Of a stretch of 64,000 nucleotides of DNA, positions 46,489 through 56,693 are shown one piece after another. This stretch comes from Nitrospirales bacterium (GTDB taxonomy: Bacteria > Nitrospirota > Nitrospiria > Nitrospirales > UBA8639): the NCBI GenBank assembly GCA_965203295.1, contig CBDBCZ010000018.1, positions 32,001 to 96,000 of the forward strand, given 5' to 3'. The notes beneath the pieces were generated by a model, which saw only the letters and a list, made by a program, of their open reading frames with translations, searched no databases and was not told the origin of the DNA. Numbering within the stretch: the first letter of the stretch is position 1; the number at the start of each line of letters is the position of its first letter. A program made the position numbers and the translations under genes.

Positions 46489-46973
46489 GCTTATGCTAAT
46501 GACCCAGCCTCTTTCCTCTCAATAAAACACATTCCCACATTCCCCACTTTAGGCGTAATATACACTTCCTGGTATTACGCCCTCAAAAAGGGAATCACAT
46601 ACATTCCCCATCTCCACAACGACATTCACAGAGCACGCGTGCTGTCACGAGATACATTCCCCATAGACATTCCCCACAGACTCCCCACCATACATTCCCC
46701 AACATTCCCCCACCACACATTCCCCTTGCCACACCCACACTAAATCACCCCATGGGTGTGGCACAAAAATATTGACATCTCGTGCGAGAACTGTGTGAAT
46801 ATCATCTATAAAGGCGCGCAGCCATAAACCACTAGATCTAATGAGAGATAGTACCTAAAAAGGCGCGCACACACCTGTAACATGATTGGCTAATACACAA
46901 CTGACCAACCAAATCACTCCAGCCAAGTACAAAAAAAGCAACTTCAGGCTAGAGATCAGTTACATTTTGCACT
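46489..46973. promoter_or_regulatory. Viral control region / candidate origin, copy B
   Basis: Stem-loop at 46552-46581; about 8 acattccc repeats; aaaggcgcgca twice; CCAAT-box (gattgg) at ~46883. Confidence 0.55.
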
Positions 46974-47264
46974 ATGAGTGCATCTGTACAGAACCTTCCT
47001 GCAGTTAAATCTGCTAGAAAGGTAGCTATAGACACAGTTACTGTTCAAACAGCGAGTGCAGCTAATATAGCTATCACTACACAGCAAGGAGGCTACTATA
47101 TAACTACCCTGCGCGCTGGAGAGACTAGAATAACTGTCAGGAGCGAAACCCGGCTACAAATCGCCAGCAGAAAGTGGAAGCGCAGTGGAATCTGCTAGAC
47201 AACACTCGTTGGGGTCACAGCTACAGATACAGTCACAAACCAATCTACAGACCTCCTCCAGTGA
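46974..47264 (+). pseudogene. Viral ORF96, copy B, nonsense GAG>TAG at 47196
   Basis: Comparison with 40501..40791. Confidence 0.55.
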
Positions 47265-47266
47265 TC

Positions 47267-49546
47267 ATGGCACACAAACCACCAGTAAGTGCAGAGTCTA
47301 CCTTTGTAGCAACGGGTCAGAGAGCATTAGGGAAGAAACCCACAGCTGGGAGACTAGCTGAGCTGCTATATCAGATGGCAATGCGCACAAACACTACCCC
47401 TGAAGCCATTAACCCCTCAGCAATAAGTGCCCTTTATGCCCAATACAGAGCATCTGGCCAAATATCTAAAGCACAGTTACACTGTGCTTCAACTCTGGCT
47501 TGGGTAGATTTAGACAGTGAAAGTATGTGCGCACTGGGACACGCAGGCATCATCCCTTATTGCAAGGGTACAGAGCCCTCAAAGCAAGACCAAGTAGACA
47601 GTGTTCTGTATGGGTGGCCATCCATAATACAAGAGTTTGTGAGGGTCCATGCCAACACCAGGGGGGCCTCTCTGGCTATGCTCAGTCACAGCCAACCCTC
47701 TGAATGGGGGTTGGGCTTCCAATGCCACACCTACAGCCTCACACTAGCAGGAGTCGCACTCAAGACATCCCTCACCCCAATATCCAAAGGTGCTACACAA
47801 AGCACACCTTGCCCCAGTTGTAACAAGGGCATAGTTGCCCAAGGGTTTGCTGGAGTTGGAACAAAGGCCCAAACACTGGCACTCCATGCCTTCTACTGTC
47901 AGTTTACAACCCCCCAATACACTGTGACACTTGCTCAGATACCACCTAGGCTTCAACCACTCTCAGAGCAGTATGGTCAGTGTCCAGTGTGTAAAGCCCC
48001 AGTGCACAAAGCTGCAGTGAGTAGCCACACAGAGCTCTGTGCACATATATACCTCAATATACCTGATCAACCACTGCCTGGGTTTGCCCAAATTGTGTGC
48101 CCCAAATGCCCAACAGCCAGATATATGCCTATCCCGAGTTCTGAAACCCCCCTTGGGCACACACCCAAATCTGTGGCATCAGAGTCACAAACTATGTGGA
48201 AAGAACTTGTAGACACCCATACAAGGGCACACAACTATCCAGCCAAACCCCCCAACACCCCTGCTGGTACTACAGCTGTTAAATATGGCTGTGACCTGAG
48301 AAACATGCTAACCAATATTTCACCCAATACCATTATTGGAGACATGACCCCAGTACAATCAAAGATTAGGTCTGTCACAATCACTCAGTCAAGTGGACAG
48401 TCTGTTGTGTATGACACACAAACCCTACTCACTGCTGTGAGAGCTGAGCTAACTAGCCACACAGTACAGAGAGTGATAGGCCACTATAGTGATGGAGACC
48501 CCACCCCAGCAGACAGCACCTCACTCACACATCAGGCTCTGACAGCATTGTTTGGGGGGAAATATGCTGCATTTAAAGAAAATGCAGGTGACCCACTCAC
48601 AGCAGAGTTAATACAGTACTACCCAACAGATATTGGTCAGGCCCTTGTAAAGGGAAACAAAATACCTACCAAAAAAGTCAGTGGTGCCCCAAACAAAAGG
48701 AAAAGGACCCAAACACCAAAGCCTACACCTACACCAAGAATTACAAGGAGCCAATCCCGGTCTAGGGGAACACACAAGACACCTACAGGTGCAGACACAG
48801 ATATTGAGAGTGATGTGGCTCAAGAAACAGATGCTGAAGGAGAGTCAGAGCACCCTAGCAAAAAAAGGTAAGCACTGTTACATTCCCCAAAAATAGACAC
48901 TCCCCAAATGCAATTTAGACCTTCCCCAAAAGCAAAAAGACATTCCCCAAAACCCATTCCCCAAAGCACACTCCTCAAAAACACATTCCCCATCTGACAC
49001 CCAACATTCCACTAACCCTGCCCCTTTCCCCCCAGGAAACTGTCTGAGGCTGAAAAGGCCAAGAGGGCAGCACAAGCAGCAGCTAAAAAGGCTGAGAAGG
49101 CTGCTAAAGATGCACAACAAACACTCAGAGCAGTAAGAGCCCAAACACCAGCACCCAAGAGCCCCAAACAAGCATCTAAAGCTAAACCCAAAAAGGGCAC
49201 CAAGACACCCACCAAGAAACCAGCAAAGAAGGAGGAGAAACAGCCTGCCAAAATACCAGGTGAGCACATAATCTCCAGAGCTAATTTGAAGAGACTATCA
49301 AAGGCATGTGGGGCAAATGAAATAGCCTCTAAATGTACACATGTGTTACAAGGGCACTTAGTAGAGTACCTACAGAAAGTGATAGACAGTGGGTGCAGGT
49401 GTGCTGTGAGAGAGGGGAACCCTACCCTCACATCACTACACCTCACACCCCACACAGGTCCAGTCAAGACAACTCTTTCTAGAGTTGCCAAGAGTTGTGG
49501 AGAGCTTAAGACAGAGCTTGAAAGCATCCTGCAGAGATACACATGA
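47267..49546 (+). CDS. Spliced Zn-finger + H1-like Lys/Ala tract + H4-like histone-fold protein (exons 47267-48867 and 49036-49546)
   Basis: AG|GTAAGC donor, CTAAC branch point, polypyrimidine tract and CAG acceptor join in frame; CPVC..H..C (UBZ-like) and other CxxC fingers; KKAEKAAK..PKKGTKTPTKKPAKK; IISRANLKRLSKACGANEI..LVEYLQKVIDSG. Confidence 0.78.
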
Positions 49547-52500
49547 ACACCACTGCACACATGCACACACACAAACACACAGAGTTTATTCTTACAGAGG
49601 CAGAGCACAATAGCACATCAGAAACAGAGAGTAGTAACAGTGCAAGTGAGTCTATGGTAGATTTCATAAATGATGAATCAGTTGAACAAGGCACCCCTCC
49701 ACCAATTAAGCACCCCCCCAATATGTGTGATGTAACAATGGAAGAAACACCTCCACCCCTCCCACCTCCAATATCACAACTCTACACAGCACCCCCAAGA
49801 AGCCCCCCTACCCACACACTAGCTATTATACCCCCAATGAGGACTCAATGCTCAACACAGGGAGAGAGATTAACAAGGAGGGATACCTTGCTTAGAGCAA
49901 TGCAAGACCAAATACAAGCAGCTGACTACCACTACAAAGACAAACCACCTAGGCCACCTATCTTTCAAGCCCACTCAACATAGGCCCAATTCAACAGAAT
50001 ATACAAAAAAACCCACCCTAAACCCACCAACCAACACATGACCAGCTATGAAAAAGAAATGTTCACTGCATACCAACACAGCCTAGCAGTCCAGAGGTTA
50101 GAATTGCAGGTGCAATATAACACAGAGAAAAGGTGGCACCAAGAGGCTATTGAACAGGCAGTGAGAGACCAACAGCAGATCAGAGAGGAGTTCCAAACCC
50201 AATTTGAATATGAAGGTCTACACCAAACACCAGTCCACAGTAAAGCAGAAGTGCTTCAGATGGAAACAGCAGACACACAAGCAAACACTACTCCACCTGA
50301 CAGCCCAGGGCTAAACTATGGGTGCATCTATACACCCTCACCTGAGGTAAGTACACAATCCACCCCAACACCCTCACCTACTAGAGCAAAGAAAAGGGTG
50401 ACATTCATTCTAGACTCTAGTGAATCTGAAGGACAAGAGGAAAGTGATGCAGAAAGTATTATAACACCAGTCAAGAGACATAAGCAACTGACACTCCCTA
50501 TGCAATCTACCCCCACCAAGGGAGCTGCACCCACAATCCTTAAGAGAGTAAGAGAAAGCCTCTTGGAGCAGGTTGGGGAACTCAACAGTTTAGATGAAGA
50601 GGAAGAACAGAGCCTATTATCCAAAGTGGCAGACATTGCTAACATCCAGAATACCATCAAGCAACAAATAGAAACATCACAGCTAGAACAGGCCTCTATT
50701 GCAGAAGAACCAGAAGTGATGATCACCTATGGCCTAGAAAAGGCTGACAGAGGTACACTGCGAGAAATCCAGAAGCACCTGAGACCAATAAATACATTAG
50801 CAGATGGAAACTGCCTGTACAGAGCTATTGCTGTGTCCAAACATCCACAAGGTGTCATGCAACCTGGCAAAGTAAGTGATTGGCCAGTGATTAAGAACCA
50901 AATAATGCAACATCACTCTGAATGTAAAATACACCACACATCAGCAAAGGCTGCAGACACAGAGTTACAGAAAGTCATGGGTGAGGGGTCCTGGGGGACA
51001 ACATTTGAACTGGAAGCATACTGTCACCTTAAGGGATACATAGCCTTTCTGAAGAGTCACAACAAATGGTCTGCTATAAATGCCTCAGAGGTAAACAACC
51101 CTCACATAAATGGAGTGATATATATCACCCTCTCTGGCCAACACTTCTCTGGGAATATTCCTACTACCCCCAACCTTCACCAACAGTTCTTCAGAGCTCT
51201 TGACATACACAGAGAATATTACCCTACTAGCATGCTGACACAGATGCCAGCCATTGAACCACCACCCACTAGCAAATATCCTATCCCTGGAGCAACAGAT
51301 AAGTGTGTGTCAGACATACTTGGAGAGGTGCAAACAGCTGCACTCAGAGGAAGGTTTAAGAGAGCATATGCCAAGATACTGCAATATGTCAAACACAAAT
51401 GGAGTGAGAACTGGATCAGGTGCCTGTATGGGTATAAGTGTAGCAACCTCTACCTAGACAGGCAGAGTGTACAGTTACTCTCCCAGACCCTCTTCCTAGC
51501 TGTGAGGCGAGACGTAGATGAGATTGAGGCCCCTTTCTGGTGGTTAGTGACAAAGATACAGCAAGAGGAACAACTCTCAATCAAAATCTGTCAAAACCAA
51601 ATAACACCTGATACAGTGAACAGGGCCTTTGCTGTTCCCAAGTGGAGGTTACAAGAAATGTACCATGGGGTGGCAATCTCAGCTCTCACCAAACCCACTA
51701 GACAACAGTTTAAAAAATCACAGATAGCATGCCTCAAGATCAGTGGAGAGACCCTCACCTACAGCTTTGATCAGGGGCAAGATCTGCTTCTAGCAGCAGC
51801 CACTGTGAGTCACAGACACCCAGACACCCCTGTACCTGAAATACACAGTAACTGGCACTACTGGTCCACCCAGCTAAAGTCCAAACTTGCTGTCAACTTC
51901 TTCTCAGACATTGGGACAGACAAACACTTTGACCTAAAAGTAGAGGGTGAATCAGCCCCATTTCTACTCCCCATATTCAGCCTATATGGTGGCTTTGACC
52001 AGACCCTGAAAGAATACAGGAAACAAATCCTTCAGAAAGCATGGGACCAAAACAATACAGAAAACCTCACAGAGCTATACAAAGCCTCATACAGTATGCA
52101 GTCTAATGCTGCATTATATGCTGCTATTGAAGAGGGAGACTCTGTATTCACTCAGACCACACACCCTGTACTGCCACATTTTGCCTATGGATGTGCAGAT
52201 GCAGCAAAGTTTATTGAAGAAGGCCTACCATGCATAGTAGCACCAAACAAAATTGGTGAGAGTATACAGGAAGCCTTGTCAGTCACACCTAAATGTAATG
52301 ACAAAAGATGCAAAACCTGGGACCTCACCCACCACCACCTCATAGCTGGAATACAGGGTGCAGAGAGAGACAACCTGGGGCACCAGTTCCACTGTGCCTT
52401 TATTACCATTACATCCTCTGTGAATATGGCTACACCTGAAACATACATGAGGGCAGTCCTCAGCCTGCCACACATACAAAACAACCTTGAAGCAATGATG

Positions 52501-52623
52501 AGAGAGATAAATGCCATCCCACTAGTTTACAGCAGTTGTATAGAGACACACCCGGGCAAGCAGAGAAGCAAGAAGAAGGAAGAGCCTCAAGAACCTGATG
52601 TAGTCCCCCCCCCTGCAGACTGA
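49543..52623 (+). pseudogene. Rep N-terminal part, copy B (E1-like/OTU), nonsense CAG>TAG at 49981
   Basis: ORFs 49543..49983 and 50038..52623 match the 1026-aa copy A protein. Confidence 0.8.
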
Positions 52624-52651
52624 GCACCACACAGCAGCAGCAGCAGACGAA

Positions 52652-54117
52652 ATGGCCTCTGGGTATGCAGCAGTCTCAAAGCCAACCCTCAAGGGAAATG
52701 CCCACATACACATTGGGCTCATGATGCTGGCCAACAGAGGCCAAGTACCAATGGGACACCATTACAAACCTAAGCTCACCAAATACCATGCTAGTGATCA
52801 CATACACATACAAGTGAACAACACCCACATCAGGGAGAAAGCAATGAAACAGAAAGGCCCAGGAGATCCTATGATCTCAACCCAATCACATGCTGAGAAG
52901 ATACTTGCCTACACCATAAAAACAGCTGCCAACAAAAGAAGCCACCTCTCTATGCGGACTCTAGGCTCTTTAGAGAGCAAGTTTACATGTAAAATAGCTG
53001 TATACAGCCAACACCTCACCTATTGGCTCTCAGAGGTGGCACAGAGACAACACCCTATTCTTCTCGAAACAGTGACACCTCTAGAAACCACACCTATTCC
53101 CCCACCAGAAAACCCTATATTGGGTGAGGCAGAATCAGGGTGTACCCTCAAACAAAGACAGGAAATAACTGCCATGAAGTTTGTATACCACCAGTGCAAG
53201 AAAGCCCCTGGCAAAAGTGGCACCAAACACAGAGACCCTAGATCAGTGCTTACCTCACTTAGATGGAAAGAGAGTAATCCCCTTGGATTCATGCTCAGTG
53301 ATGCAAAGATCAAAGAGATAGATAGAGACCTAAACGAGGACTCTTTTGATTCTGCTCCACCTTCACCCAAGGGACCCTATGTACCTGGGGTTGCACAAGC
53401 TGAGTTGTGCGCTTGGCTTAGAGCAAGGATGTCTCCCAGAGAAGCAAAGATGCTCATTACCCATCTATCAACATACATGTACCCCAGAGTGAGAAAGGCT
53501 AAGCAGATTTTCATAAAAGGTGTCCCAAATGCTGGGAAAGCCACCTTTAAGGAGCTGCTGGAGAGTGTGTTTTATCCACGCTGCTTTAACGTTGCAGCAG
53601 AGCACAGTTCAGCTTTCACAGCCTGTGCCTTTGGCCAGAAAGCATCAGATGCTATATGGCTACTTGATGAAGCACACATCCACCTGATATCCAGTATCCC
53701 TCCCCCAGAATTTAACATGATTACAGAGGGTGGACCAAAGAACAAGATCAGAGTTGCAAAGAAACTGCAGGGACAAACCACTGTTAGGTATGCAGGTTTC
53801 ACAATAATACTCTCAAACTACACCCCCCTGGAGCTACTCAAAGGAGACAGCACTAGAGTGCTTGAGTTTGAGGCGAGGTATGTAAACAACACTTAAAGTA
53901 AAGTACCTATGCAATTAATTGTGTATACTCCACCTGCAGATTCCGTGAATACACTCTAAACAAACCACAGAACCAGCGGATATCCCCTGACTATCAAATC
54001 ACCACACCCCAACACTTGAAGAGAGACTTGCAGACCCTCCTAGATGGACTACCACAGTCTGAATATCCAGATCTCGCCCTTGACCCAGATAACCTCCCGT
54101 GGAGGAACATTGAGTGA
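52652..54117 (+). CDS. Rep C-terminal part, copy B (HUH + SF3 helicase), predicted intron 53878-53939; Walker A changed to GKAT
   Basis: Same motifs as copy A; GVPNAGKAT instead of GVPNAGKTT. Confidence 0.82.
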
Positions 54118-54184
54118 CACTTTAGCAGAAAATAACCCCCTTCACCCCCATTAAGCATTGTGCACAATATGTTTGATATAAAGT

Positions 54185-54796
54185 TTACAACAATCCACCA
54201 ATGACACTACCTAACACATTGCTTAGGCCACCAGTCACTGTGTGAGTCAAGAACTTGAATATCCCACTCCCAACCTTCTTGATTGTATCGCCAAACGATG
54301 AACCGAGTTCAGCATGGACTGGGACGCTTGCTTCCCCCTCTATCTGGGCGCCCTGGGCTAAATCAGCAAGGTTTCCGGTCAGCTCTTTAAAAGCATTTGG
54401 AGCCTTATTGTCATCTAAGCCAAGTAGGTGATAGATGTGCCAACCGTGCCCACCATCTGCATGAGGGACAACCAAACAAGCCAGAGGGGTAGACACCTTT
54501 CCTTTGCTGACTTTAGTGCTCGCCTTTGAATCAAGGAACAGAGTTACAGGTTCATGACCATCAGTTGAGTCTATAGTGTGGGGAGAGGCAGCTAGTTCAG
54601 AGTCAAAGTGGGTCAGGATGTTGTTTATCCACGACGACTGGTTCTGATCAGCTTGCACAGTAGTATTTGAGAGTACATGATGCTCAGTATTCTCGTCGCA
54701 GTCTGGGCCAGTACACAATTTACCTCTGGCTGAGGCCATAAATAAGGTGGGAGACTCTAACAATTTCAACATCACGCGACCTAGCCACACCCACAA
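54185..54796 (-). CDS. Viral ORF203, copy B
   Basis: Identical to copy A. Confidence 0.65.
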   Translation of the reverse strand: MWVWLGRVMLKLLESPTLFMASARGKLCTGPDCDENTEHHVLSNTTVQADQNQSSWINNILTHFDSELAASPHTIDSTDGHEPVTLFLDSKASTKVSKGKVSTPLACLVVPHADGGHGWHIYHLLGLDDNKAPNAFKELTGNLADLAQGAQIEGEASVPVHAELGSSFGDTIKKVGSGIFKFLTHTVTGGLSNVLGSVIGGLL

Positions 54797-55632
54797 TGAT
54801 TTGTAGAAAAGCTACACTGAAAAGGACTAAGAAAGAGTTAGCTAGATTCAAGGCAGCGGCTGTAGAGACAGTTGAGACTGCTACACAACAACTAACCCGC
54901 GCTAGTGCAGATATCAAGAAATACAGAGCTATGACGCACTCTATCGTGATTGCAATAGTCACCCAGGGCAACAATGGTGCTAGCTTCTTGGTGGCACAAC
55001 CAGCTAAGAAGAACCTAATCGTCAAGACTGCGACAGGCGCGTTTGAAGGGTTTGAAGTCGGTGCAGAGGTGATCATACCACCTCCCACAGCCACTGAGTT
55101 GAGTGTCTTCTGTGGAGAAGAAGGGTACAAGTGTATCCCATTTACAACAGCCTTCCAGGCCACAGCTGGGTCAGACAACCTGTGGCTATCGTACAGCCAG
55201 GTGCACCAGGTCAATGGCGCTAGAGTTGGAGCACACACATTTGCATCTGTGTTCTATATCAGCCAGGAATCTGAGGATGTTGAAAACTATTACGCTGTCA
55301 CCCTTATTCCACCTGCATTTGCCAACGGCAAACTGGACGACAACGCGAGTCACGCCCCCCCATTTGCCCTGATACCGCTCAACTTTGAGGCACTTGGGTA
55401 TGCCATCTATAGAAAGGACACAGAAGGTGTCCACTTTGAAGCTGGCACTGGGAAAGTTGTAGTGACCAAAGAAGTAGATTTCATGAACCACCACCACCCT
55501 GTTAAATACACCTGGACAGGTGATTTTAAAGAAGCTATAGATGCAGCTACCAAAATTGCAGAAATGAAGCTGACTATTGGAGAACAAGGAGGTGAGCACA
55601 CCACAGGCACGAGATTGTGTAATGTACTTTAA
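54796..55632 (+). CDS. Viral ORF278, copy B
   Basis: One amino-acid difference from copy A (G/D). Confidence 0.7.
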   Translation: MICRKATLKRTKKELARFKAAAVETVETATQQLTRASADIKKYRAMTHSIVIAIVTQGNNGASFLVAQPAKKNLIVKTATGAFEGFEVGAEVIIPPPTATELSVFCGEEGYKCIPFTTAFQATAGSDNLWLSYSQVHQVNGARVGAHTFASVFYISQESEDVENYYAVTLIPPAFANGKLDDNASHAPPFALIPLNFEALGYAIYRKDTEGVHFEAGTGKVVVTKEVDFMNHHHPVKYTWTGDFKEAIDAATKIAEMKLTIGEQGGEHTTGTRLCNVL

Positions 55633-55831
55633 ATATCTCACCCCTACAGAGGCCAAGGCTACTGCTGGTGATGCTGGGATGGAGTCAACAGACGGAGGAG
55701 AGCTAAAAGGCACCCCTGAACACCCCTTTGGGTCGCTGTGTGGACCTACATACACATCCAACATTGCTTCAGAATGGCTTACACTCTGGGAGCCACTCCT
55801 CATAGCCACACCTGTTCCGCCACAGCGCTGA
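55577..55831 (+). CDS. Viral ORF84, copy B
   Basis: Identical to copy A. Confidence 0.5.
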   Translation: MENKEVSTPQARDCVMYFKYLTPTEAKATAGDAGMESTDGGELKGTPEHPFGSLCGPTYTSNIASEWLTLWEPLLIATPVPPQR

Positions 55832-55916
55832 AGATACCACAGAACTTATTGGATTAGTATATTGATTGTTTGGAATGTTGTACTAGACCACACATACATG
55901 TATAGTTTGAAGTAGA

Positions 55917-56627
55917 ATGAACTGTTTAGAGAGAGAGAGCTTGGGGAGTGTGTGGGGGTACTATGCTGATGCAGATGCTGTAAACTTCCTGGATCACGAG
56001 ACACACCCACCACATCACCAGATGGATAGAGTCGGTTTAGCAGAAGCAATCGATAGGATCGGTTTTGAAGCTCTGAAATATCTCCCAGAGAGCAAAGCAG
56101 CATCCGCTGTTGAATCCTTTGTTACTCTCCATCAAAAGAAAAGAAGATTACAGGCAGCAATGTGCGCTCCCACCACGGCTAGTGTATACGTAGCCTTAGC
56201 TGAAGTTCTGAAGAACAGATACCCTACTGTGACAGCCACAGAAACAGGAAAGTGTATGGAGTATGTGGCCACCCACAAGATCCAAGAAGAGTTCAACGAC
56301 GGTAGAAGCGCAGAGATGATACACAAGCTTGAACTCCTCTTCAAACACTGTGTCAGAGAGAGTCGACAGCCCTACCACGATGCACTCAGGGTGTCTTTCA
56401 AACTCCTGGGGCATGAGGCTGAGCTGCCAGAGCACGACACTAAAACACTGTGGGGAGAAGCTATTGTCACATGTGTGGATGACAGCACAGAGTTCATTGT
56501 GCTTGTGAGAGGTCTGAGATCGTTTGATAGTGTTCCAGCTGAGTTACCAGTCGACGAGATACACCTAAAAGACTATACCCTTGCCCCGGCCCGATACGCT
56601 CTCAAGTTCTTTCCACAGAAGAAATAG
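55917..56627 (+). CDS. Viral ORF236, copy B (intact), hypothetical
   Basis: ATG ORF; copy A has a premature stop. Confidence 0.7.
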   Translation: MNCLERESLGSVWGYYADADAVNFLDHETHPPHHQMDRVGLAEAIDRIGFEALKYLPESKAASAVESFVTLHQKKRRLQAAMCAPTTASVYVALAEVLKNRYPTVTATETGKCMEYVATHKIQEEFNDGRSAEMIHKLELLFKHCVRESRQPYHDALRVSFKLLGHEAELPEHDTKTLWGEAIVTCVDDSTEFIVLVRGLRSFDSVPAELPVDEIHLKDYTLAPARYALKFFPQKK

Positions 56628-56693
56628 AGACTACCCTGACATGTTGTGACTATCCTAGACATTATTGTGTTTGTTGTGTAGTGCGCATGCGCA

